A DNA stretch of 32,000 nt, from the IMG/VR virus record IMGVR_UViG_3300032397_000002, positions 65,579 through 97,578 of that record. The stretch is one strand, 5' to 3'. The DNA comes from a virus. Shown here one piece after another: positions 21,332-29,559 of this stretch. A program made the position numbers and the translations under genes. Within the stretch, counting starts at the first letter, position 1, and each line of letters starts with the position of its first letter. A model generated the notes under the pieces. It made no database searches, was not told the DNA's origin, and saw only the letters and a list, made by a program, of their open reading frames with translations.

Positions 21332-22681
21332 ATGAAGCTCTTCGTGTCTTTCGATGGTGACCACATTGGCCGCATGGTTGGCAGGGCCAGCCTTGCCGAC
21401 AATCCCGAGGAAGTCTCCAGGATTGCACAGGGAATTGACCGTGGCAACCGCCTGTGGGCGAGCTGGGCTGAATCTCATGGCGGCAAGGTCATCAACATCG
21501 GTGGCGACGAAGGCCGGCTGGAGATTGAGGCGGACTACCTCTCTGAGCTGCCCGGCATCCGTGAGCAGTACGAAGGGGCCGTGGGTAGCACCTGCAGCGT
21601 GGGCGTTGGTACCAAGCTCAGCGAGGCTGACAAGAGCCTGATGGCAGCGAAGCTCCAGGGTGGAGACCGCACCCAGCTCTACACCGAAGAGGTTGATGAG
21701 ATTCTGTCCAAAGTCAAGGAGAAGTCTGAGGGCGAGAAGCTTGAAGACGAGTACCTTGACCCCGAGACAGGCCTGAAGAAGGCGGATCCGGCAACGAATC
21801 CGGCCATGAATCCCGGCGATAATGCCGGATTCTCTGGTGCCAGCCAGAGCACCCCAGCTGCCCCTCAGAAGCCCACCGAAGGAAGCGAACACAGCGAGAA
21901 CGAGGCCCTCAACAGCCAAATTGCAGCTGCACCCAAGCCCCCGGAAGCCCCCAAGGCCACTGCAGCTGACTACGAGCAGCTCTTCCACCAGCTGGCAGCC
22001 CAGCAGAAGGATGTGCCAGCTCAGAAGCCCTCTGGTGTGGTCGATGGTGTCCGTGAGCAGGTCGTCAAGGTACTCCAAAATGTGAGGGCTCACGCTCCAG
22101 AATTGGAGCAGATGAAGGCGAGCAACCCTGAGATGTACCAGTCCGTGGTGGGCGTTGTCCAGGCGATGATTGCCATGGCGCAGAGCACCCTGGGCGATGA
22201 GGGCCAGCAGCCCCAGCAGGTTCAGAAGGCCGAGGACAAGATTGAACTTGACCCCAGTCAGCCCCCGAAGGATTCCAAGGTTCTCAGCAAGGACCTGATG
22301 CCAGGTGGCGCCGGCGACAACAAGCCTGACTCTGACTTCGACTCCGAGGAGCTTCTGGAGGGCATGAGGCAGGAGATGGTCGAACACGGTCTCGACGAGA
22401 AGAGGGCCAAGGAAGTTGCCAAGGACCATCTGGTCGAAGACCCCAACTACTACTCCAACATGGAGAAGGCCGCCCTGACTGCCGGCAAGACTGGTCGTCA
22501 CCAGGTGGATCTCCCTGTTGGTTCGCAGATTGATGCAGGTCCCAGCGCTGCCCATGAGAGTGGTGAGCTGAAGGTGCAGGACCCAGCAACAGGCAAGACG
22601 AAGTGGCGCAGTGTTCGTGCTGGCATTGTGATGGCACCGGATGGGACACCCACTTCGAGCCGGAACCCCAGCGGGGGCTAA
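21332..22681 (+). CDS. Minimal GGDEF/Cas10-palm (mCpol-like) nucleotide-cyclase domain protein with long low-complexity linker and conserved C-terminal module
   Basis: 449 aa. The N-terminal ~115 aa contain LFVSFDGDHIG (two acidic metal ligands, nt 21350-21370), the GGDEG hairpin (21500-21514) and SVGVGTKLSEADKSLMAAKLQGGDR. The last parallels the GGDEF-family SxGxA...AD.ALY.AK..GrN. A P/A/Q/E-rich middle follows, then GGAGDNKPDSDFDSEELLEGMRQEMVEHG...AKDHLVEDPNYY (22286-22471). Confidence 0.6.
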   Translation: MKLFVSFDGDHIGRMVGRASLADNPEEVSRIAQGIDRGNRLWASWAESHGGKVINIGGDEGRLEIEADYLSELPGIREQYEGAVGSTCSVGVGTKLSEADKSLMAAKLQGGDRTQLYTEEVDEILSKVKEKSEGEKLEDEYLDPETGLKKADPATNPAMNPGDNAGFSGASQSTPAAPQKPTEGSEHSENEALNSQIAAAPKPPEAPKATAADYEQLFHQLAAQQKDVPAQKPSGVVDGVREQVVKVLQNVRAHAPELEQMKASNPEMYQSVVGVVQAMIAMAQSTLGDEGQQPQQVQKAEDKIELDPSQPPKDSKVLSKDLMPGGAGDNKPDSDFDSEELLEGMRQEMVEHGLDEKRAKEVAKDHLVEDPNYYSNMEKAALTAGKTGRHQVDLPVGSQIDAGPSAAHESGELKVQDPATGKTKWRSVRAGIVMAPDGTPTSSRNPSGG

Positions 22682-23509
22682 GTGATTTACTTCAACCTCG
22701 ACCTTGGCCCCATCATCGCGATGACGAGAGGGTTCGACTCTGCTGTCCGCAAGGCTATGACCGAAGCTGCGCGTGACCTGACCACGCAGACTCATGCCCA
22801 CATCCTTGAAGAGGTCCAGGCCAAGCTCCACAGCACCCGCGAGAAGTACGTCAAGGCGTTGAGCTTCAAGCAGGTCGACCAGGACACCTGGGTCATCGAG
22901 CTTGGCAAAGAGGCTATGTTCATTGAGGAGGGCCTCAAGCCCAACACGGACATGCTCGATGGCCTCCTGAGGTCTTCCAAGGCCAAGACCGCCAAAGACG
23001 GCAGCCGCTACATCGTGGTGCCATTCGAGCACAAGAAGGGTGCAACCCAGCAGACCTCTGCAGCAACCAACCTCACCGACACCATCAAGTCCGAGATGAA
23101 GAAGCGCAAGATTCCGTACGGCAAGCTTGAGAACGGACCAGATGGCAAGCCCAAGACCGGCCTCCTCCACAGTTTCGACATCATGAAGCAGCCCGTCAAG
23201 ACGGCACCTGGCGCTGGCTCAGGGCGTGGCCCGATAGGTGCTGTGAAGCAGGGGCCCACCGGCATCCCCTTCCTGCAAGGCGTCAGGGTCTACCAGAGCA
23301 AGGTCAAGGATGCAAAGGGCAAGGAGTCGGTGAAGAAGTCCATCATGACCTTCCGCATCGCCAGCTCGAAGATGAAGGGTCAAGGCCGCTGGGTTCACCC
23401 AGGGCTGGAAGCCAAGAAGTTCCTGGATGAGGCAGCTGAGTGGGCTCTGAAGGAGTTCGAGACTCGCATCAAGGACCAAATTCTCATCAGCGTGGTGGGC
23501 GGTTTTTGA
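22682..23509 (+). CDS. Hypothetical virion protein, loosely HK97 gp10-like (neck/tail-completion)
   Basis: 275 aa with a GTG start abutting the upstream TAA; an alternative ATG lies at 22721. FDSAVRKAMTEAARDL...AMFIEEG resembles the gp10-family pattern, but weakly. Confidence 0.55.
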   Translation: MIYFNLDLGPIIAMTRGFDSAVRKAMTEAARDLTTQTHAHILEEVQAKLHSTREKYVKALSFKQVDQDTWVIELGKEAMFIEEGLKPNTDMLDGLLRSSKAKTAKDGSRYIVVPFEHKKGATQQTSAATNLTDTIKSEMKKRKIPYGKLENGPDGKPKTGLLHSFDIMKQPVKTAPGAGSGRGPIGAVKQGPTGIPFLQGVRVYQSKVKDAKGKESVKKSIMTFRIASSKMKGQGRWVHPGLEAKKFLDEAAEWALKEFETRIKDQILISVVGGF

Positions 23510-23792
23510 TTCGGGCCTGAGCTGTAGCCAGGATGTCCGAGAAATCATCAGTACTGACGGCATCTTGAGGGTGTTCGGAGTTGAATTCAGCCGCCTTGTT
23601 CCCCAACCAGGTGAAGAGTTCGGTGACCGTCTTGAGAATCCACTCCACCCGATACCCCGTTGGATTCTCTCCACGACCAATGGCAGCTTGCATCTCAACC
23701 CTGAGCTTGGCTCCATACCGTAGCTTGGCCTCCTTGTCACTGACGAACTTCAGGAGGATGCGTGATGCGTTCTTGGCGGTGTCGTCGTTCAT
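23487..23792 (-). CDS. Reverse-oriented hypothetical protein
   Basis: 101 aa from the internal ATG at 23792. It overlaps the 3' end of the convergent upstream gene by 23 nt. Confidence 0.5.
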   Translation of the reverse strand: MNDDTAKNASRILLKFVSDKEAKLRYGAKLRVEMQAAIGRGENPTGYRVEWILKTVTELFTWLGNKAAEFNSEHPQDAVSTDDFSDILATAQARIKNRPPR

Positions 23793-23804
23793 TGTCCAGC
23801 CTGT

Positions 23805-23814
23805 GGTAATCTTC
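23805..23814 (+). promoter_or_regulatory. Conserved upstream motif copy 7 (GGTAATCTTC)
   Basis: Lies in the divergent gap 23793-23881, 68 nt before ATG 23882. Confidence 0.35.
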
Positions 23815-23837
23815 AAGCTACTGGGGCCACTTGAATG

Positions 23838-23846
23838 ATTGTACCA
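23838..23846 (-). promoter_or_regulatory. Candidate extended -10 promoter element for the reverse gene
   Basis: The minus strand reads TGGTACAAT (TGn + TACAAT, 5/6 match). No good -35. Confidence 0.3.
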
Positions 23847-23881
23847 CTGTCGGAAGAGACACTTGACGCTGGGAGCCACTG

Positions 23882-24289
23882 ATGATAGTCGCGCGACCCA
23901 GATCAGATGGAGCCATTGCGACAGCGGTCTGCACAGCAGCCGAAGTTGTGGGCGACCTCGTCTACATTAGCGGTGCTAAGGTGGGTGCTGACTACAGCGT
24001 CAGGACCGCAGACAACACCCTCACGGCCAAGATGCCGGCAATCGGCGTCATTGTTGCCAAGATTTCTTCGACCAGGGCCTTGATTCAGCTCCAGGGGGAG
24101 ACAACCCTCTTCACCGGCCTGACCCCTGGCACAGTCTACTGGGTCGGTGACACGGGCCAGCCTACGAGTACCCCACCAACCCCAACTGGGCCAGGGGCTC
24201 GAAAGTACTGGCAGTCCATCGGAGTTGCGACCGACTCTGGTAGAATAAGGCTTGACTTCACAAAGGTTCTCAGAACCAGGGTAGGGTAA
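23882..24289 (+). CDS. Hypothetical small beta-rich virion protein (decoration/cement-like pattern)
   Basis: 135 aa. GDLVYISG...AIGVIVAK...LTPGTVYWVG...QSIGVA resembles small head-decoration/DUF2190-like proteins. This is a weak call. Confidence 0.55.
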   Translation: MIVARPRSDGAIATAVCTAAEVVGDLVYISGAKVGADYSVRTADNTLTAKMPAIGVIVAKISSTRALIQLQGETTLFTGLTPGTVYWVGDTGQPTSTPPTPTGPGARKYWQSIGVATDSGRIRLDFTKVLRTRVG

Positions 24290-24291
24290 AC

Positions 24292-24738
24292 ATGGCACGA
24301 AAAAGCAAGAAGAAGGCCCTCGACCTCAACGAGCCCATCGTGGGTGAGGTCACCGATTTGCGCACTGACTTTGAGTTGCAGATTGAGAAAGAGCTGGAAA
24401 AGCCAGTGGTTGCACCTGAGGAACCTCAGGAGCCAACACCTCCGGCTCTCACCAAGGATGAGCTTCATCGTCTCCAGCTCACTCAGTTCCAGGCTCGGGC
24501 TTTTGATGCCGAGGCCAAGCTGGAGATGATCAAACGCGACCTCTTCGTGAAGCAGGTCGACCCCGAGGGCAAGCTCCAGCAGATGATGTCCATCATCCGG
24601 GGCAGGACCGACGAGGCTGTGGCGGCCAAACAGGATTACGCCAAGACTGTCAAGGACATCGAAGAGCGCCTGAAGCTCAACCTCAAGGAATGGGCCTACG
24701 ACGAGAACAACGGCGTCCTTTCCAGGGTAGACCAGTAA
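24292..24738 (+). CDS. Coiled-coil hypothetical protein (assembly/scaffold-like)
   Basis: 148 aa with a basic N-terminus, an acidic/Pro linker and long heptad-like helices. Confidence 0.6.
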   Translation: MARKSKKKALDLNEPIVGEVTDLRTDFELQIEKELEKPVVAPEEPQEPTPPALTKDELHRLQLTQFQARAFDAEAKLEMIKRDLFVKQVDPEGKLQQMMSIIRGRTDEAVAAKQDYAKTVKDIEERLKLNLKEWAYDENNGVLSRVDQ

Positions 24739-24769
24739 CCTACAGTCTCCATTTTAGCTCCCGTGGGCA

Positions 24770-24779
24770 CCTAATCTTC
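24770..24779 (+). promoter_or_regulatory. Conserved upstream motif copy 8 (CCTAATCTTC)
   Basis: Lies in the 24739-24816 gap, 38 nt before ATG 24817. The SD TTGGAG follows. Confidence 0.35.
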
Positions 24780-24816
24780 AGGTTGGAACTAAACCAACTC
24801 TTTTGGAGATTCAACC

Positions 24817-26187
24817 ATGGCCGGTCTTAAGAAATTCACCTTCCTCAACGCCACCGAGGGCTACACCGAGGAGCAGGCGTCCAACGACGAGCTTTCGCTC
24901 GGCAAGGTCACCGCAGTCGGCGTCTCTGGCATCGCTTTCGATGCCTCCTCGCAGCGCGTTGTTGGTGTTGCGGCCCCCACGGCCGGCACCGACGCCGTCA
25001 ACCGCGACTACGTCCAGGCTTACTCTGCTGGTCTTGACTGGAAGCAGTCCGTTCGAGTCGGTACCGCAGCGGCTCTGCCTGCCTACACGGCATCGGGCAC
25101 TGGCGTCGGCAAGACCCTGACTGCAGCCGGCAACGGCAACATCAACACCACCGGTCCTGGTATCGATGGTATCACCAACCTTGTCGCGCTTGACCGCGTC
25201 ATTGTCATGTCGGAAGGCGCAAGCCACGTCGACCATGGCATCTACTTCTTCGCGACCACTGCAGACCTCGGCACCGCCGGTACCCCCTGGGTTCTGACTC
25301 GCGCCACCGATGCAGACCAGAACGCAGAAGTGACCGCAAACCTGGCCGTCTTCATTGAGGAAGGCACTGCCAACCTCGATACCGGATGGACCCTGGTCAC
25401 CAACAACCCCATCGTTGTTGACACCACGGCACTGACCTTCACTCAGTTCACCGGTACCGGCGGCATCATCGCAGGTGCAGGTATCGTCAAGTCTGGCAGC
25501 ACCCTCAATGTCGAGCTTGACACCACTGCCAACGCGCAGGGTGCAGGTACTGCTGGTGGTAGCTCGGGTCTTGAGTTCGACACCTCTGGTGTTGCAGGCA
25601 AGCTCCGCTCTGCTGTCAATGCGACTGCAGGTCTGCAGCGCACCGCCTCTGGCCTCGGAGTGCTACTGGACGGCACCACCCTCCAGTCCAGCGGCTCAGG
25701 TCTCAGTGTCAAGGGCCTTCCCTCGCTGTTCGAAATCGCAACCGTTGCTACCTCGGCAAACGTGTCTGCGGCCAACCTGAATACCCTGACCGCCGGTTCC
25801 ACCAGCGATGCAAGTGCCCTGCACATGCACTCTGTGGTTTCGGAAGTCTGGACCACGTCGGCCAACACCACTGTTGGTGTGGGTCTCTACATCAGCGGCA
25901 ACAACACCGTGGCTCCTGGTGCTGCAGCTGTCGATGCTCAGGCTCGCGTCATCGGCTGCGCCAAGACCGCAGTTACCAGCCCCGCTCCTGTCGAGGTCAT
26001 CTCGTCGGGTCCAGTGGCCGGTGCACTCTCTGGTGCCACCGCGAACGTCCCCTACTACCTCGGTTCGGCAGGCACCCCGGTGCTCTACGCTGCACTGACC
26101 GGTGGTGACCGCACCGTGCGCCTCGGCTTTGCCAAGAACGCCACGGACCTCGAAGTTCGGGTTCACGACTACGGCAAGAAAGCCTAA
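24817..26187 (+). CDS. Tail fibre / fibre-like protein
   Basis: 456 aa. PTAGTDAVNRDYVQ, then WKQSVRVGT...LDRVIVMSEG...HGIYFF...WVLTRATDAD...AVFIEEGTANLDTGW. This is the widespread phage tail-fibre N-terminal pattern (DAVNK.YVD / W.R..D.D). The C-terminal half is Gly/Ser/Thr/Ala-rich. Confidence 0.65.
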   Translation: MAGLKKFTFLNATEGYTEEQASNDELSLGKVTAVGVSGIAFDASSQRVVGVAAPTAGTDAVNRDYVQAYSAGLDWKQSVRVGTAAALPAYTASGTGVGKTLTAAGNGNINTTGPGIDGITNLVALDRVIVMSEGASHVDHGIYFFATTADLGTAGTPWVLTRATDADQNAEVTANLAVFIEEGTANLDTGWTLVTNNPIVVDTTALTFTQFTGTGGIIAGAGIVKSGSTLNVELDTTANAQGAGTAGGSSGLEFDTSGVAGKLRSAVNATAGLQRTASGLGVLLDGTTLQSSGSGLSVKGLPSLFEIATVATSANVSAANLNTLTAGSTSDASALHMHSVVSEVWTTSANTTVGVGLYISGNNTVAPGAAAVDAQARVIGCAKTAVTSPAPVEVISSGPVAGALSGATANVPYYLGSAGTPVLYAALTGGDRTVRLGFAKNATDLEVRVHDYGKKA

Positions 26188-26214
26188 CCAGTAGCCCATC
26201 AGGGCTTGGTTTTC

Positions 26215-26250
26215 AAAAGGCCTCGGGATTCCCGGGGCCTTTTGCTTTTC
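26215..26250 (+). terminator. Strong rho-independent terminator
   Basis: AAAAGGCCTCGGG-ATT-CCCGGGGCCTTTT forms a 13-bp stem with one G:T pair, followed by GCTTTTC. Confidence 0.8.
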
Positions 26251-26253
26251 TGT

Positions 26254-26263
26254 CGCAATCTTA
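26254..26263 (+). promoter_or_regulatory. Conserved upstream motif copy 9 (CGCAATCTTA)
   Basis: Lies immediately after the terminator, 17 nt before ATG 26280. The SD GAGGCAGAG follows. Confidence 0.35.
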
Positions 26264-26279
26264 CCTCTGAGGCAGAGCC

Positions 26280-26825
26280 ATGGCCATCACCAAGACCAAC
26301 CCGCTCAAAAACGAGCCGACAGAGGGCTACGAGGAAGACTTTGATCCGAACGTGGATGCTGCAGCCGTGCGTGGTATCTACATCCAGAACGACTCCAGTG
26401 CCGATACGGCCGTCTTGGTCACGCGGGACGCCAGCAACAACCTCACCCTCACCGACCCCGTTGCAGGCTCTCACACGCTGTCGGCACTTACGACCGGTGG
26501 CGGAGGAATCAGCGAAAATCAGCACCGTGCACTTCGCCAACTCATTCATTTCATTGACAATGGTCCAGCCAACGGATTCGCTTCGGGCGCCTACCGTGAG
26601 AATCTGCCTACAGGTAACCCCTTTGTGACCTCTGTCACATGGTATGATGACAATACGAAGGTGAAGAAGCTGGTACAGAAACTCATCACTTACACGGGGG
26701 TCTTGGCGACCCAGGTGCAATGGAAGATGTATGACGTGGATGGGTCGACTGTTCTTGCAACTGTCACCGATGCCATCACCTACTCAGGCATTTTTGAGTC
26801 TGACAGGACAAGGACGATAGCCTAA
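26280..26825 (+). CDS. Hypothetical protein (tail-module context)
   Basis: 181 aa. Its stop overlaps the next ATG (TAATG). Confidence 0.6.
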   Translation: MAITKTNPLKNEPTEGYEEDFDPNVDAAAVRGIYIQNDSSADTAVLVTRDASNNLTLTDPVAGSHTLSALTTGGGGISENQHRALRQLIHFIDNGPANGFASGAYRENLPTGNPFVTSVTWYDDNTKVKKLVQKLITYTGVLATQVQWKMYDVDGSTVLATVTDAITYSGIFESDRTRTIA

Positions 26826-28732
26826 TGGCAGCCGAATCTCCAGTTGCATTGATTTACGGATACAACGGCACCTCGTACATCGAGACCACTATCCGTGCAG
26901 GCCTGACCGTGCCAGCTGGGCAGCCAGGTTTCATGGCCCTTGGTTCCGACGGTACTGCTGCCAGGTACCTGAAGGTCAGTGCTACGGGCGTTCTTGCTGT
27001 TGATGGCTCTGCTGTCACCCAGCCCGTCTCTGGTACCTTCTGGCAAGCCACTCAACCTGTCAGCATTGCCACAATGCCGACGACTCCTGTGACTGGGACC
27101 TTCTGGCAAGCTACCCAGCCTGTCTCGGCAGCAGCTCTACCTCTACCGTCTGGCGCGTCGACCTCTGCCAAGCAACCAGCCCTGGGAACGGCAGGAACGG
27201 CCTCTGCTGACGTCCTGACGGTCCAGGGCATCGCTGGCATGGTCGCCCTCAAGGTCGATGGCTCAGGGGTCACCCAGCCTGTCTCCGTGGCCAGTCTCCC
27301 ACTTCCATCTGGAGCAGCCACTGAAACAACGCTGACCGGCGTCCTGACGACCTCCGCATTCCAGGCGCGGGTGCCAGTAAACGGTCAGGCTGCAATGTCC
27401 GGCAGCGTTCCTGTCGTCATTGCTTCTAACCAGTCCGTGTTGCCAATCAACGACAACGCGGGCAGCCTCACCATCGACTCCACCCAACTTCCGGCCGCCT
27501 TGGTTTCTGGGCGGCTGGACGTCAACATCGGAGCCAGTACCTCCATCGCGGTCACGGGGACATTCTGGCAAGCCACTCAGCCCGTTTCTGCCGCTTCCCT
27601 GCCCCTGCCCACCGGTGCAGCCACCGAAACCACGCTGGCGGCGGTCAGCGGGAAGCTCCCGGCTGCATTGGTCGGTGGACGGCTCGACTCCAACGTGGGG
27701 GCCATCAACAACGTCACCCCACTGATGGGCAACGGCGTCACCGGCACCGGCAGCCTCCGAGTCACCATCGCCAGCGACAACACCGCCTTCAGCACCAACA
27801 GTATCCAGAGCGGCTCATGGACGGTCACAGCCAACGCTGGCACCAACCTCAACACCAGCGCCTTGGCTCTGGACGCAACGCTCACTGGCAACAACCAGCG
27901 CACCCGCATCACCGATGGCACCAGCCTCGCGACCATCAAGGCTGCCTCCACGGCTCCGGTAGCTGGTGATACGGCTATCGTTGTGGTGCTCAGCCCCAAT
28001 CAGCAGGCAATCCCCGTCACCACGAACCCGACGACCTCTTCGCCAACCCTTGCGTTCGGCGACATCACGCTGGCGGCAATCACCACAGCCGCCATCCGTC
28101 GTACCACGTACACGGAGCAGACCACCAACTTCACGGGCTCCATCGTCAGCGCCAGCGCCAACGACTCAGCAGCTGGCACTGGTGCCCGCACCGTCAAGAT
28201 CTACTACGTTGACCAGACCGGAGCAACGGCTGGCACCGAAACCGTCACCATGAACGGCACCACGCCTGTCAACCTGGTGACCAGCACCAAGTGCTTTATC
28301 GAGAAGATGGAAGTCGTGACCGTGGGCTCTACGGGCTCGAACGCCGGCATCATCACCCTGAAGACCGGAGCAGCAGGCGCAGGCACTACGGTTGGAACCA
28401 TCGGTGCCACCGACAACACGACTCTCTGGGCCCATCACTACGTGGTCACCGGCAAGACCGCCAACGTCACCGGCATGCAGTTCGGCACGACTGTCACCAA
28501 CAGCGCCGGTGTGGCCAGCGCCTTCTTGCGTGCCCAAATCATCGGTGGGTCGAACCTCGTGGAGAAGCAGGTCAGCGACGCCATCACCGTCGCTGGTTTG
28601 GACAGCTCCGTTTTCCGCTCGTACGGTTCGCAAATCCAAATCGCAGGCCCTGCCCGCATCACCATGTACGTCGCCACCCTCACTGGATCGTCCTTCGTGT
28701 ACCGAGGGTCGTTCGACTCCTACGACGTGTAA
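26825..28732 (+). CDS. Tail fibre / receptor-binding-type protein with internal sequence repeats
   Basis: 635 aa, Thr/Ser/Ala/Gly-rich. GTFWQATQPVS occurs three times and LPLP(S/T)GA(A/S)T(E)TTL three times. Confidence 0.65.
   Translation: MAAESPVALIYGYNGTSYIETTIRAGLTVPAGQPGFMALGSDGTAARYLKVSATGVLAVDGSAVTQPVSGTFWQATQPVSIATMPTTPVTGTFWQATQPVSAAALPLPSGASTSAKQPALGTAGTASADVLTVQGIAGMVALKVDGSGVTQPVSVASLPLPSGAATETTLTGVLTTSAFQARVPVNGQAAMSGSVPVVIASNQSVLPINDNAGSLTIDSTQLPAALVSGRLDVNIGASTSIAVTGTFWQATQPVSAASLPLPTGAATETTLAAVSGKLPAALVGGRLDSNVGAINNVTPLMGNGVTGTGSLRVTIASDNTAFSTNSIQSGSWTVTANAGTNLNTSALALDATLTGNNQRTRITDGTSLATIKAASTAPVAGDTAIVVVLSPNQQAIPVTTNPTTSSPTLAFGDITLAAITTAAIRRTTYTEQTTNFTGSIVSASANDSAAGTGARTVKIYYVDQTGATAGTETVTMNGTTPVNLVTSTKCFIEKMEVVTVGSTGSNAGIITLKTGAAGAGTTVGTIGATDNTTLWAHHYVVTGKTANVTGMQFGTTVTNSAGVASAFLRAQIIGGSNLVEKQVSDAITVAGLDSSVFRSYGSQIQIAGPARITMYVATLTGSSFVYRGSFDSYDV
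27013..27640 (+). repeat. In-frame intragenic repeats (GTFWQATQPVS / LPLPxGAATETTL units)
   Basis: GTFWQATQPVS lies at 27032-27064, 27095-27127 and 27557-27589. The LPLP unit lies at 27137-27175, 27296-27334 and 27599-27637. The nucleotide copies are diverged at synonymous positions. Confidence 0.85.
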
Positions 28733-28740
28733 GGTTCTCT

Positions 28741-29559
28741 ATGGCACTTTCGATCTCACAGAATCTGACCCAACGAAGCTACCAGTGGACTGCCTGGAAG
28801 GGCGTCAAGAACGTCAAGTCCTTCTCTTGTCAATTCGACGAGGACGCTGAGACGTACACCGTCTACGGGTACGACGGACCAGAAGTTCACCTTTGCAAGA
28901 TCTGGAAGGGAGCGGTCCCCGACGGAGTCCTGAGTGTCTACAGCCAAGAGCAGAACGATGCCGACAAGGCTGACTTCGAGACGCACTACAAAGACACTGC
29001 CAACTGGCCCCTGGAAAAGCGAGAGAAGGACGGACGTCTCGTGGCTCGCATCAGCACTGCGACCAGCGGCCACCTGTTCCGGCTTCGCGCCTACAGCTTC
29101 AAGACCTGCAACCCCAGCACCCTTCACAACTGCAAGCCCGACGGCAGCAGTTATGGTGACGTTACCGTCACCGAGTTCGACGGCAATGGCGATGTGATTA
29201 CCGGCTCCGACTTCACGGCTTCAGTGAAGACCTACATCGACTTCGAGGCCCAGCAAGACATTGAACTGATCGGCGGCTGGTCTGAGATTGACGACAGCAT
29301 TCATGGCAGCGGCATGGGTGCCTGGTATCTGAGCTGCATCGCTGCTCCCGACGTCCCTGCCCAGTACGGGGGCTGCATTGACTTCATCTCGGAAGCCGAC
29401 CTCGGCGCCCTCCAAGACAAGCGAATTGTCACAGACGGTCGAAGCTCGGCGCTCATCAAATATGACCCCACGTACCACTCTGGGAAGATTCGCATCATCA
29501 TCAAGCATCCAGCTGGAGTCCAGAAAGACTTTCAGTTCTTCATGGAGACCTTCCGATAA
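28741..29559 (+). CDS. Hypothetical protein (tail-module context)
   Basis: 272 aa from ATG 28741, 9 nt after the upstream stop. The longer track ORF from 28291 overlaps the fibre gene out of frame. Confidence 0.6.
   Translation: MALSISQNLTQRSYQWTAWKGVKNVKSFSCQFDEDAETYTVYGYDGPEVHLCKIWKGAVPDGVLSVYSQEQNDADKADFETHYKDTANWPLEKREKDGRLVARISTATSGHLFRLRAYSFKTCNPSTLHNCKPDGSSYGDVTVTEFDGNGDVITGSDFTASVKTYIDFEAQQDIELIGGWSEIDDSIHGSGMGAWYLSCIAAPDVPAQYGGCIDFISEADLGALQDKRIVTDGRSSALIKYDPTYHSGKIRIIIKHPAGVQKDFQFFMETFR

Noticed and set aside
24817-26187. The 456-aa protein as the major capsid protein, because it follows a decoration-like gene and a scaffold-like gene and ends with a strong terminator
   Set aside because: The sequence carries the characteristic tail-fibre N-terminal pattern (DAVNRDYV, W..SVRV, DRVIV, ATDAD) and a Gly/Ser/Thr-rich fibrous C-terminus. 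It shows no HK97-like features that I could recognise.
27013-27640. The repeats as a CRISPR array or a DGR template/variable-repeat pair
   Set aside because: The units are in frame inside one ORF, irregularly spaced, and conserved at the protein level rather than the DNA level. No reverse transcriptase, cas genes or adenine-specific mismatch pattern is present in the window.
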